Shown here: positions 26,357 through 39,400 of the stretch, one piece after another
Layout of the letters: every line of letters begins with the position of its first letter
How positions within the stretch are numbered: position 1 is the first letter of the stretch
NCBI GenBank assembly: GCA_958009085.1
Contig: OY253677.1
Coordinates: forward strand, 186,001 to 250,000
DNA length: 64,000 nucleotides
Source: Protoeuglena noctilucae
Lineage: Eukaryota
Direction of reading: 5' to 3'
Made by a program: the position numbers and the translations under genes
Notes under the pieces: model-generated
Databases searched by the model: none
The model's input: the letters and a program-made list of their open reading frames with translations, nothing else
What the model was told of the DNA's origin: nothing

Positions 26357-27399
26357 TCACGCGGCGATCTTCTTGGCGATACCCGCGAAGTACTAACCGT
26401 GGTGGGCAGCAAAGCGCAGCTCCATGTCGGACGGCTGGCGGGAGCCGTCCGCGCCCGCGAATGTGCCAGCGCCGTAGGGGCTCCCCGCGTGGACCGTCGC
26501 CGTGTCGAACATCTCGGCGCCGAAGCTGTACCCGGTGGGGACGTAGATCATGCCCATGTGCACCAGGAAGGGGAGAGTGGTCAGGGCAATTGTCTCCTGG
26601 CCGCCCTGGGGCGTGCCCGTCGACACCACGATGGTCGCCGGCTGCAAGCGGGGTGGGGTAGGTGCTCCCGTGAGAACTACCGACAGGAAGAGGCAGGCGG
26701 CCGATGCGTGACAACCCATGGAACTCGCCTTGCCGGTCATGGCGCCCTTGGACCACAGCTGCCCGCACGAGTCGAAGAAGGTCTTCATTTGCGCGGGCAC
26801 CATGCCGTAGCGGCCGTTGCACCCGAACACCACCGCGTCGTAGGTGGCCATGGTGGCCGCGTCGATCACGGGGTCGCTGGCCTTGGGCGGCGCGTGCATC
26901 TTCTCCAGGATCTCGGCGCTGAGCGTCTCGGCGACCTGAAAGACGTCCGCGTGGCAGCCCTCGACCGAGTTGATGCCCTCGGCGACCTTGTGGGCCATCT
27001 TGGCCATGTGGCCGTACGTCTGCGGGCGCCCGGACGTCGCGATCCGCGTAGGTGCGATGCAGAGGGCAGGAACACCTCGAGATGGTTCCGGCGTGTCGAG
27101 GGTGGCGGGGGAGCGCGGATGCGGGCTGAAGTGGGGTCGCGCCCCTCTCACCGAGTAGTAGATGACGGCGACCTTCATCTTCTTGACTTCCTGGGGCTGC
27201 TCAGCCTTTGGATGGTCCTCCTCGGGGGGCGGGCTCCTGCGACGCAAGGGGCGGGCGAGAGGCTTCCGCTCGTTCACCAGACGCGTCAAGGTTACTGGAG
27301 GAAAAAGCACAACGGACGGATCGCCAAGTATCGTCGACGCAGCGAGACTTACCTGGTGGGATGGCGCGCTGAGGACCGGCGGATACCGCAGCAACTCAT
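26357..27399 (-). CDS. wrbA: NAD(P)H:quinone oxidoreductase, WrbA/FQR1 flavodoxin-like; contains an in-frame TAG at 26393-26395
   Basis: VIYYS|TYGH, QVAETL, GRYGMVPAQMKTFFD, TGK|PA (GC intron 26728-26642), STGTPQGGQET, GSPYGAGTFAGADGSRQPS, then HHG*YFAGIAKKIAA-TGA. A probable first exon begins MSCC at 27399. Confidence 0.9.
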
Positions 27400-27816
27400 G
27401 GGAGACGCCTGCTTACAAATTGTGAGACCGTGACGACCGTCGCTCGGTTTCAGGGGCCCGAGAGAGAAATCTGGCAGGGTTTATTAGCCTAAGATAATAA
27501 CCCCAGACCCTCAGCTAAGCCTTCCCCCGGCACCGATCGGCCGGCGCGCCGCGCTAAGGACAAGCATAGGAGTGCGCACAGACACCGAGATATGCAATCC
27601 GACTTTCCCGGCGAAAATGTGTTTTCTGGCGCGGCCGTGCAGCACAACTTTGCTGTTGCCGGCACCGCGCAACTGGACCCGAGATCTCGCAGACACGCGA
27701 GCGGGTGGTGCAAGAGGGAGCACAGCGAACGTCTCCGTCGGTCTCTTCCTGCTTGGCCAGAAGCCGCGTCAAAAGGACCGGACTGAGTCGTCTTAGCAAA
27801 GCGAGTGGGGGTTGGG

Positions 27817-30800
27817 ATGATTGACCGAAGGCCCGTCCTGCTGGAGGACGGGTGGGCCTTGGTGGAGACGACGATCCAGGCGAGGACCCGCGAGGAGTCT
27901 AGTTGCGCAGCGTTGAGCGAGATGCGAATGCGGAGAGCGAGGAGCGGCGCCCTGCGCGACGCGGGCCCCCGGCCGTCCGCTCCAGCCCCTTTTCGACGTG
28001 CGCGAGTCCAAGGCAAATCCTTGCCGACCCGCGGTCGGTGCCTGCGGCCCCTGCGCATGGCACAGATGTTGCAGATGACAAGCCGGTCTCGCCAGCACCG
28101 TCGCGGCTCCCCCCGGCGCCCGCGGAGGGTGCAGAACACGGCCCTTGGCCTCGTGCGCGCAGAAGATCCAGGCGGTGCTCGAGAGCCCTTCGGACAAGAA
28201 GAACCACATTGATGCGGAGACGTGGGCCAACACGTACAGCAAAATCTACGAGCTGTGCACGCAGAAGCCCCCACACGTGAGCGCCTCGGTTCTCCTGCCC
28301 GCCGCGCCCCTCCGCGCGCCCCGTTGCCACATCCTCGGACCCGATCTCTCTCGCAGGACTACTCGGAGCAACTCTACAATGCCTACCGAAACGAGTTCAA
28401 GCGGTACATCGAGAAGACGGTCATCCCCGCGCTGTGCCGCGCCAAGACGGACGAGGGTTTCGTGCAGGCGAGGAGGCCTGCGCCTCGGAGTCCTTGTCCC
28501 TCCGCCTCACCGCGCCAGCGATCGCCCCGGCCCCGGCTGCGGCGCTGACCCGCCTGCCCCGCCCCGACCGTCCGTCTCCGCGCCGCAGGAGCTCATCCGG
28601 CGGTGGGATAACCACGTCACGTTCACGCGGTTCATGGGCAAGTTCTTCAACTACCTCGACCGCTACTACGTGCCCCGCCACCAGGTGGACCCCCTGCGGC
28701 TGGTCCCCATGAAGATCTTCAAGGAGCTGGTCTACGACAGCGTCAAGGGGAGGGCGCGGACGGGGGTACTCAAGATGGTGCACAAGGTACCTTGTGGGGA
28801 GGGATGGGACGCGGGGTGCCTGCCGCGGTGCTCCCTCGAGGCAAAGACGGAACGGCATGGGGCACGGGTGCACCCACCGCCCGCCAGCCTAGCCTGCGAC
28901 CCTTCTCCGGGTATGGTGCCCGCAGGACCGGCTGGGTGAGATGATTGACGGCGGGCACATCAAGGCGGTGGTGCAGGTGTTTGTGCAGATGGGCCTGGGG
29001 AACATGGAGGTGTACGAGAAGGACCTGGAGGAGCAACTCATCCAGGAGGTGTGTGGGGAGAAGAGGGGCGAGGGGGAAGGGATCGCAGCGTGCTTTGCTG
29101 CAAGCACAGAGGCCGTTGGGCACACCGCAACGACGGCGTCGACTCGTCCCCACGCGTCGCTCCCCTCCCCGCCGTCGCGCGCAGACGTCGGAGTTCTACC
29201 GCGGCCGGGCGTCCTCGTGGCTGGCGGAGGACAGCTGCCCCGAGTACCTGAAGAAGGCCGAGGCCGCGCTGCAGCAGGAGGAGGGCCGCGTGCACCGCTA
29301 CCAGGTCGAGTCGTCCAAGCGCCGCCTGCTGCAGTGCGTGGAGGAGGAGATCCTCTCGCGGCACCGCAAGGAGCTGCTGGAGAAGGAGAACTCGGGGTGC
29401 GCGGCGCTCCTGGCCAACGCGGCCACGGACGACCTCCGCCGCATGTTCACGCTCTTCGCGCGCATCTCCGACGGGCTGGGGCCCATGAGCGAGATCTTCA
29501 AGCAGCACATCCAGGCGAGGGGTGGGCGGGGAGTGCAAGCGCAAGCGCAAGCCCAAGCGTCGATTGGTGCACGGGATCATGGGGCTCCGGCGTTTCGTCG
29601 TCGAGGTGGCTCGGCAGGGTCGGTCTTTTTGGAAGGGCACTGCCTTGGGCCATCCGCCGAGTTTGTCCGCTTTCCCGCAGGGCCAGGGCACGGCTCGCCT
29701 GCGCGCGGTGGCGGACGAGATTGCCGAGCGCAAGGGCGACGACAAGGGCCCCAAGGCGGCGGCCAAGGACGCGTCCCTGCAGCTGGAGCTGGAGCTGGTG
29801 CGCAGCGTCATCGACCTGCACCAGCGGTACATGGAGTACGTGTCCGGGTGCTTCAGCAGCCACACCTTCTTCCACCGCGCCCTCAAGGACGCCTTCGAGA
29901 ACTTCTGCAACAAGCCCGTGGGGCAGGCCTCGTTCGCCGAGCTCATGGCCACCTTCTGCGACACCATGCTGCGCAAGGGGGGAAGCGACAAGATGTCGGG
30001 TGCGCACCCTTGCTCTGGGACGACCACGGCCGCGCGGGGGTGGCGGGCGCGCGTGTGCTGGACTCGGCCCCACCTCCCACCTCCCCCTCCGCAGACGAGG
30101 CGACGGAGGAGGTGCTGGAGCGCGTAATCAAGCTCATCGCGTACATCTCCGACAAGGACCTCTTCGGGGACTTCTACCGCCGCAAGCTGGCGCGCCGGCT
30201 GCTGCAGGACAAGTCGACGTCGGAGGAGCACGAGCGGCTGGTGCTGTCGGCGCTGAAGGAGCAGTGCGGGGCGCAGTTCACGCAGAAGATGGAGGGAATG
30301 GTGCGGGACCTGCAGCTGGCCAGGGACAAGGGTGAGGGGCATGCGGGGGCGAGCGGCGCGAGAGGGAGCGGTGGTGCTGGCACGGTTTGTGTGGGCGATA
30401 GAGCATGGTCTCCTCTCCGTCTCTCGCCCGCAGCCAGTGACTTTGACCAGTGGCGCAGCACCACGGGCACCAAGCTGAGCATCGACGTGGGCGTCACCGT
30501 CCTCACCACCGGGTTCTGGCCGTCGTACAAGACGTCCGACTTCAGCCTGCCACCGGTGCGATGCGGGTTAAACGTGGCAGCGTTGCTCGCCGCGGCGCGG
30601 CACCGACACCCCCGGGCGGGTGGCAGGGGGTTCAACAGTCGCGCTCTGTCTCTGTTCCTGACGCACCCCAGCCATGCGTGGCCGTCGCAGGAGATGGAGC
30701 AGTGCGTGGAGGCGTTCCGGCAGTTCTACGACGCGTCGAACAAGCACCGGAAGCTGCAGTGGGTGCACACGCTGGGCCTGGTGACGGTCAAGTCGCGCCT

Positions 30801-31467
30801 GGGCGGCAAGTACTACGACGTGATGACGGCGCCGCAGCAGGCGGCGGTGCTGTCGCTCTTCAACGACGAGGAGTCGCTGGGGTACGAGGAGATCCAGCAG
30901 CGGCTGGGCATGGCGGACGAGGAGCTGCTGCGGAGCCTGCACTCGCTCAGCTGCACCAAGTACAAGCTGCTCATCAAGACGCCCGAGTCCAAGAAGGTCG
31001 ACAAGACGGACCGGTTCGCGGTCAACGACGGGTTCAAGGCGAGCGGGCGGGCTGGGGCGGGCTAGCGGGGGCTACGTGCAAGGGTGGAGATGGGGCGCTG
31101 TGGGCGGCCGTCGACACCGCTTCCCTCGGCCCCAGGAGGATGTGAGACAATGCTGCGCTTCCCGCGCCCCTCGCAGGACAAGATGAAGCGGATCCGCGTG
31201 CCCCTGCCTCAAGTGGAGGACCGCCGCAAGGTGCTGGAGGAGGTGACGGCGGACCGCAAGCCGGCGATCGAGGCGGCCATCGTGCGGGTGATGAAGATGC
31301 GCAAGGTCCTGCAGCACCAGCAGCTGATGATCGAGGTGCGGCAGCAGATGCAAAGCATGTTCGAGCCGGAGATGAAGCTGGTCAAGAAGTGCGTAGAGGG
31401 CCTCATCGAGCGCGAGTACCTGGAGCGCGACGCCGAGAACCCCAGCCTGTACAAGTACCTGGCATGA
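27817..31467 (+). CDS. CUL1: Cullin-1 (plant/algal type), 11 exons
   Basis: IYELCTQKPPH|DYSEQLY, FFNYLDRYY, EDSCPEYL, HRALKDAFENFCNK, YISDKDLF, FTQKMEGM, VLTTGFWPSY, IEAAIVRVMKMRK, LIEREYLERD..YKYLA. Four of 10 introns have GC donors (27880, 28468, 29515, 31039). Confidence 0.97.
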
Positions 31468-31837
31468 GGGGGCGGGAGGCGAGGGAGGCGGGCGCGGGGT
31501 CGGGATGAGCAGGCTAGGTGCTGGAAGCGAGGCGTGGGTTGCGTGTGTGGATGGGTGCCAGATGCTGACGCGGGGACGCCCCTCTTTGAAAAAGATCGAG
31601 GGCGAGAGGTGGCACGCGGTCATTACCGGGTCGGGCCACGGAAGGGACCAGGGGCCAGGGGACCGCGACAGGTAAACACAAACGTGGCACTGACACCCGA
31701 GTTCCGCGTTGAAAAGGCGGTTCTCCGAGGGCACTGCGTCAAAACCGGAGCCATTCTCCTGCACGTAAGGAAGTGGACAGCAACCTCGACGAGCTCTCTG
31801 CACCAATCTACTTGTGTAGCAAGCGCAAGGGCACCGA

Positions 31838-33335
31838 ATGCTCGCGAGCCAGACACGTCGGCTGGCCCTGGGCCTGGCCCAGCAGCCGTGGTCTCTGGCG
31901 TCCAACGCGGGGATGGCCCCCGCGCTGACGATGCGCCTCCACGGGGCGCTCGCGGGCACGAGGGTCAACGAGGCGGGCACGTTCGCTGGGTTCGCGACCC
32001 AGGTGCGCAAAAGTCTTCTAGCGCCACCCCGCACAGACTTGTCCAGCAATGTGGTTGCTGTCGCCCCAAAAGTGTAAGCTCTCTTGCCCGCGATCGCGAG
32101 GGCTGGGCCAAGGGCAGTTGCGCAATTTGCAAACGCCTCTGGTCCCGTCACGGCAGTGGAGGCTTTGGACGATGAGATGCTCTACATAGTGGTGTGCCTT
32201 CTGCGCCGATTGCGGTTGCGGAGGCCGTGCGCGCAGGGTGGCACCCCTGGGGACCACAACAAGGGTGACCCCGCCCTCAAGCCCGAAGAGATGCACAGGG
32301 GCATGAAGCGGCAGATCGCGGGGGATGACTACTTGCTTATGCACCCGGGTAGGTGGCTGCGGGGGTCGCCGGGCCGCGGAGGCCGCGGAACGTGCTTTGA
32401 CAGTTTCGCCCTGCGAACCCCGCGGCGCTCAGGCCCTGCGCCATTCGCTGTCGAGCGCAGTGTATACCAAGGAGTACGTCGAGCGGGTCAAGCCCTCGCA
32501 CCGCCCGCCCGAGAACCTCTCCGACCGCGTCGCGCTGCGGACCATCCAGCTGCTGCGCAAGGGCTTCGACCTGGCCACGGGCTACGGCGCCGACATGGAC
32601 GAGAAGAAGTGGTTGCGCCGCTTCATTTTCCTCGAGACGATCGCCGGCGTGCCGGGGATGATGGCCGGCATGGTCCGGCACCTGCGGTCGCTGCGGCTGA
32701 TGCGGAGGGACCACGGGTGGATCCACACGCTGCTGGAGGAGGCGGAGAATGAGCGCATGCACCTGAGTGAGTCGCCGGTGGCGTGCAGTGCCTCGCTCCC
32801 TCGTACCCTGACGTGCCGCGCCCGACCCCATCCCTGACCCCTTGCCCCGGTGGTGCTTCCAGTGACCTTCCTGCAGCTGCGCCAGCCCGGCATGATCTTC
32901 CGCGGCACGGTGCTCATGGCTCAGGGCATCTTCGCCAACTTCTACTTCCTGGCCTACATCGTCTCGCCCAAGACCTGCCACGCCATGATCGGGTACCTGG
33001 AGGAGGAGGCCACGGCCACGTACACGCGGGCCATCCACGACCTGGACAGCGGCCGCCTCCCCCAGTGGTCCAACATGCCGGCCCCGCCCATCGCCGTCAA
33101 GTACTGGAAGCTCGAGGAGGGCGCCAAGGTGCGTTACGTGACAGGCTGCGCTGACGAGTGCTGTTGACGCACGTGCATCGGCGTGACTGTTGTGGACTGG
33201 TCCTTGCAGATGCGCGACGTGCTGCTGGCGGTGCGGGCGGACGAGGCGTGCCACATGCACGTCAATCACACCTTCTCCAAGATGAGGCCCGACGAGCCCA
33301 ACCCCTTCGACAAGGGGGCCCACGAGGTGTCCTGA
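31838..33335 (+). CDS. AOX: Mitochondrial alternative oxidase
   Basis: N-terminal presequence-like exon, then FLETIAGVPGM, LEEAENERMHL, GYLEEEA, VRADEACHMHVNH. Four GT-AG introns. Confidence 0.96.
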
Positions 33336-33479
33336 GCCAGGCGCACGCCGCAAGGACCGGGAGGGGTGTGACTCACAGCTGCGCTGCGCTGGCATTCTTG
33401 TTGAATTTCAACCACCGGCGCGATCGCTCTCTGGCATGGTCTCACATGTCCGGCACCGGTCACAACCGCCCGCGCCACC

Positions 33480-36400
33480 TCAGTCGCTGAAGTTGCTGTC
33501 GTCCGTGTCACCCCCACTGGCGTCCGAGTCGCTGGCCCCGTCCGCCTCCTCCTCGTCCTCATCGTCGATCACGTACTGCCGCGCCTTGGCTGCAGCCGCC
33601 CGCCTCTGCCGCTGAGCCGGGGCGGGGGCTGGGCCGGGCGACTCATCCATCCCCTCTGCGCCCTCGCTGCCCTGCGAGAAACACGCGGGGCAGCGTTGGT
33701 CCCATGCCACGCCTGGAACTGAGAGTCAGCCCAGAGGACCGCGCCAGCCTGCGGCGCCCCTCACCTCGTCACTGTCCTCCAGGATCGTGGCCTTGGCGGC
33801 GCCCCGAGGGAGCGCCCGGGCTGCGGCGACGCGGCTGGGCAGCGAAGCCATCTGCACAGCCCCCGCCGCGGGGCTCTTGAGGCGCAGGCGCTTGCCCCTC
33901 GGCGCCACGGACGGCGTCTCGGGGGCCGGGGAGTAGAGCTCCCCGGGGGAGCCGCTCGACGAGGGTTTGGACACCGGCGGAGGCGCCTGGGCCTTGGTCC
34001 TCGCGGCCGCGCCCTTGGCGGCCGGCTTGCGCTTGGCCCCTGCGCCCTGCGCCGCAGGGGGCGAGTGCGGCTTCCAAGACCGGTCCCAGGGGCAGAGGTG
34101 CCCACCCACCCAGTCCGTCCCTGCCACTCACCGTGGCCTTGCGGGCCTGCGCGGGCTTCAGCGGCGACGTCGCCTCGAAGTCCCCGTCCGTGTCCGAGTC
34201 GGTGAACTCGGAGATCTCGTCCTCGTCCGCCTCGTCGTCGTCGTCACTCTCGCTGACGTACTTGGTGGGCTTCCGGGCCGCCGCCCGCCCGCTGCGGGGA
34301 ACAAGCGAGGACGGGCAAGGGTCAACGGAGGAGTCCAGACATGCTCACGGGACATGGAGCCCCGCCATCGCCACCGCACCTGCCCCGCTGAGAGGTGGCC
34401 CTGGACGGGGCGGCGTGCTTGGCTGCCGCTGCCGCCTTGGTGGATGCCCCCGCGGAAGCCGAGGCGGTCGCCCCGCTGGCCACCTGGATGGCAGCCACGC
34501 GCCCCGCCAGGCGAGCCATGAGCGACCCGCTGGTCTCCGCGTCGTCGTCCAGGGCAAGGGCGAGCGACGGGGCTGCTGCCTGGACCGCCGCCTGCGCATG
34601 GGGGCGGGGTCCGCGGCTGAGCTCGCTGCTTCGCTGCCTAGCAACAGTGGCGCCCTTGCCACGCCCCCTGGCCCTTTGTCCCACCTTGGGAGCCGCCGTT
34701 GTCTTGGGTGCCGCCGCTGCCTTGGGTGCTGCCTGCGCCTTGAGCGCCGTTGGCCCAGTCGTCTGCGCTGGAGCCTTTTTGACCTGGGCCTTGGGTGCCG
34801 CCTTCGCCCTCGCCTGCACCTGCACGCGATCCCAGCAGCGGCCCTTGAGGTCCCACCGCCACACACCCACCACCGCCCCACCCAGTCCCCTTGCGTCCTC
34901 ACCTGGAACTCCTCGTCGCTGCTCTCCTCGCTCTCCTCGTCCTCCTCATCGCTGCTGCCCCGCGCCTTCTTCCCCCGCTTCTTGGCCCCCTGGCCGCCAC
35001 CCCGCGCCTTGCCCCCCTTGGCCGCCGCCCTCGCCCGCGCCGTCTCCTTCTCCAGCGCCTCCGCCTCGTCCTCCAGCGCCCTCAGCACCTCCTCCAGGCG
35101 GTCCAGGTCCTCCCCCCACATGGTCTCCGCGCACGTGCCCCGCAGCCGCTCCACCTCTCTCTCCTGCGCACAGCCAGGGCCCACCCCTCACACGATGCCA
35201 CGGGCCCCGTCCGCCCACGGCAAGGCCCGCCCGGCCTCGCTGCCTCGTCACCTGTGCATTGGCGTCGCCCTGCAGCTGCTCGACCTTCTCCATCGTGAGG
35301 CTCCAGATGGGCATCGACAGCAGGTAGTCGTACGACGCCCCGACGGCAACCGCGCCGTCCTCGTCGCTCTCCTCCTCCGCCCGGGCGGCCGCGCGCGACG
35401 ACTTGGGCAGCCTGCAGAGGCGGGGTACGGCCGGAGAGACGGTTAGGTGAGGCGCGGTGTCTGGCGTCGGGCAAGGCATCCAATGCCGTCCGCACCTGTC
35501 AAAGCCCTGGGCCTCGAGGTCCGCCTCAATGTCGGCCCTCCTGCGGTTGTTGACCTGGAGGCGCCCCCGGATGACGGCCAGGATGAAGCGGACCTTATTG
35601 TCCAGCCGCCGCATCTCCGCCTCGGCCGACGCCAGCAGGCTCATGCGCCGCCGCTCGTAGTAGCCGAGCCTGGGGCCAGGGACTCGCAAGATCAGCGTCG
35701 CCACGAGTTGCACTCTTATCTGAGGTGCTGCGTGTTACTGCACCTCGCCCCTGTGTCCCCCCCGCGCCTCGCCTGACGGTGTAGAAGTCCTGCAGGATCT
35801 CCTCCGGCGAGTCGTAGCGCTTGATGCGTCCCTTGCGGTCGAAGAGCGTCATGTTGGTGGTGGAGATGGTGGTCGACAGCTTGAACTTCTTGTGCAGGCC
35901 CGTCGCCAGGGCCTCGGCCATCTGCTCCGGCGACAGGGTCACCGTGAAGTGCACCGACGTGTCTGTGTGGTGCTCCTTGTAGTCCAGGATGGCCGGTCTG
36001 TCGTCCTTACCCTCGGGCTTCACCAGGCCCTCCAGGAACTCCTTGTAGTCCTGAGTCCACTTGCGCACCGGCAGCTCAGTGATCTCCACCGTCGCGTCGT
36101 CCACCTGCCGGATGCACCCCGTAATGGTGAACGAGTCCCCCGTGCCGCCCTTGCCCTTCTTCTTCTTCTCTTCCCGCGTCACCGTGCCCCGGAAGCCCCG
36201 GAACCACGGGTCCATGGGCGCCGGCTCCCTGCCCGCCAGCATGGCGCGCACGTTGTCGATCACGTCCCGGGGGTTGTACGTGGGCACGGAGGTCGACCAG
36301 CCCGTGCCGATGCCCTCGGCGCCGTTCACCAACACCATCGGGATCGTGGGGATGTACCTGCGGCAGAGGTAGATAGCCCTAGCATCGTCGTCCCCAATGC

Positions 36401-39400
36401 TGACGGCCCCGTCGAGCGCCGCCGCCCGCCACGTGGCGGAGAGTGATCGCCGAAGCTCAGCGCCCACGTGTCGCTTTGCGGTCCCGCCCGCTTGCCGGGC
36501 GGGGTCGGTGTCCCGCCACTCACCACTCGGGCTCGATGGTCTGCCCCTCCTCGTTAAGGTAGCTGAGCAGCGGGTCGTCGGCCTCGGGGAACACGGCGCG
36601 GGCCGCGGGGGACAGGCGCGTGAAGATGTACCGGGGAGACGCGGCGTCCTTGCCGCCCTGGAGGCGCGTGCCGAACTGCCCCGACGGGACGAGCAGGTTG
36701 ACGTTGTTGGAGCCGACAAAGTCCTGCGCCAGGCCCACGATGGTGGCGGCCAGCGACGCCTCGCCGTGGTGGTAGGCCGAGTGCTCGGCCACGTAGCCCG
36801 CCAGCTGGGCCACCTTGATGTCGCTGGGGGCAGGGCACAAAAGCGGTGTTGGTTGTCAACAGCACAGAGCATCCGGCTGGGGCAGCACGCGGCCCCTGCG
36901 ACCCTATTGCGGCTGCGTTTGCAAGTAGAGTGCCCCACCTCTTCAGGTTGCGCTTGAAGCACGAGTAGAGGATCTTGCGCTGCCCGGGCTTGAAGCCGTC
37001 CATGACCGAGGGGATGGAGCGCTCGAGGTCGGCGCGGGAGAAGAGCACGAGCTCGCGGTGGACGAAGTCCGAGAGGGAGATGCGCTTGGCGGCGTGGTCG
37101 AGGAAGGTGCCGGGCTCGAACCGCTCCAGCCACGCCTTGCGCTCGTCCACGCGCTTCTTGCTGAAAGCCATGTCGATTGCCTGGCCGTCCTCGTCCTTAG
37201 ACCACGTGAACTCCTTCACGTGCTCGTCTGCGGGCCCCAACGGGCGAAGCGTGGGCACCGTCATGGGCTGGGTCCCGGCCCACCCCGGGGCGTTCCCACG
37301 CATGGCCAGCCGTGCCGCGCCACACGCGCTGCGCTTCACCCAGGTTGGCGAAGTAGTCCTTGGCTTCCTTGGCCGTGGATGTCCCGAGACCTTTGTAGTA
37401 CTTGATGGACCAGCCGCGCAGGTTGTGCCCCAGGGACTCCTTCCACGCGTCGTACTCGGGCAGCGTGTAGAAGGCCAGGGACTTGGCGCCCTTGGTGGCC
37501 TTGACGATGGGAGTGATGAACTCGAGGAGGAACCCAGGGACCTTGAGCAGGGAGGGGAAGAAGTGGTGCAGGTAGTTCATGATCAGGCCCTTGATGTGCG
37601 AGCCGTCGTGGTCCTGCGGTTGGCGATCACAGGGCCCTTCAGCGCGCATCTCACAGCCCGTCGCCCGCAGACGCACTGCCGCGCGCCCTCGCCTGGTCCG
37701 TCATGATCATCAGGTGCCCGTAGCGCAGGGACTTGGCCGACTCATACACCTTGCCGTGCTGGAATCCCATGATCTTGTTCAGGTTGGTGATTTCGGCGTT
37801 GTTCATGATCTGCTGATGCGTGGCGTCGCGCACGTTCAGCAGCTTGCCCCTGCGGCGCGGGAGGCGGGGGTCAGGTCGTGCACTCTGCGCGAAGGTCCAG
37901 CGGTCACGAGGGCTGCGATGGGTCGAGGAGTGCCGCACCGGAGGGGGAAGACCCCGTACTTGTCCCGGCCGACGACCGAGAGCCCCGAGATGGCAAGGGC
38001 CTTGGCCGAGTCCCCCTCGGTCAGGATGAGCGTGCACTGTTCCGAGACGCGCCCGCCCGCGTCGTTGGCGTCGTCCAGCTTGGGCACGCCCAGCAGCCGC
38101 TGTCGCTTGGCACCGTCCTGCTTCTTGAGCTCCTTCTGCATCTTGAGCTGGTTCCAGGAGAGGACGCTGTCCACCACCCCACAGTCCATGACCTGCGGGC
38201 TCGGGACGCAACACGCCATGCCGTCTGGGGACGTGCCAGGTGCACGGAGACGCCCCCACTCGACTCTGCGCCACGCTATTACACGCCGGCACCGCACCCC
38301 GCCGCACCTTCTTGAGGAACTTGTCCGACAGCTCGCACGTGGACCCGAACTTGTCGGCCTTGAGCGTCAGGCACTCCTTGGTCTGGCTGTCGAAGGCGGG
38401 GTTCTCCACCATGGCGTTGACAAACAAAAAGAGGTGGTTCTTGACCTGGAACGGCTTGAGCGTCCTGCGAGGGCAGCGGGGGCTTGCAGGACCTTGTAAG
38501 ACTCTTTGCAAGGCCCCCATGCGTGTCCGCTTCCCACGCTCTGAAGCCCTCCTCCTCGTCACTTAATCTTGTGCTTCTTCTTGATGGCCTCCATCAGGTA
38601 CTTGACGATGCCGTCGGCCACATAGTTGACGTGCGTGCCCCCCTTGGACGTCGAGATGGAGTTGCAGAAGGACACCTGGTTGAACTGCACGGAGGGTACG
38701 GAGCGGTCATCGAGCAGCCGTGCGAAGCACCTTTTCAGATGACAAAGGCACAGGGCACTCGCCACCCATCCCGGCGACCTCGAGGCCGACTCTTAAAATG
38801 GTCACGCTTCCCAGGCCGAGCACGCACCTGTCCCTCAGACACGGACACGCAGACCTCCCACCGGTCGTTGACCTTCTCGTACACGCGGGCTGCTCCCTCG
38901 CCCGGCTTGCCGAGGTACAGGCTCACTGCGTGCAGGCGCAGGTAAGATATTTGACACTGGCAAAGCTGCAGTGTCATGGCCCCGGTGCTGCGGAGCCCGG
39001 CCCCGGCCCGCACTCGCCGTAGTCCTGGAAGGTGTTCAGGGGGAGCTTCTCCCCGTTGAGGAAGACCTTGGTGGTCTTCCCGAGGATGCCGGCCAGGTCG
39101 TACACGCGCTTCTTCATCAGCGCCACCATGTCCTCGTCCAGGGTGGCCATCCCGAACTTGGCCAGGTCGGGGTGGAAGGTGATGCACGTCCAGTTGTCCG
39201 TCGGCTTGCACGCCTTGATCTCCGGCTCCCCCTTCTCGGACATGTTGCCACGGAACACCTGACGGTATCGGCGCTGGCGCCTGGGACCAGTCAGTCGGGG
39301 CACAGTCAGAGCCGGCGGCATCCACGACACGCGGATGCCGATCGCAACCCCCCCAGCGGCCGCTCACTTTCCGTCGCATGTCTCCACGACGAACTCTGTC

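Noticed and set aside
29535..29560. GCAAGC hexamer repeats in a CUL1 intron
   Set aside because: An ordinary short microsatellite.
28945..31065. 706-aa ORF as an intronless cullin
   Set aside because: It reads through several in-frame introns, and the true exon 29681-29999 lies in another frame.
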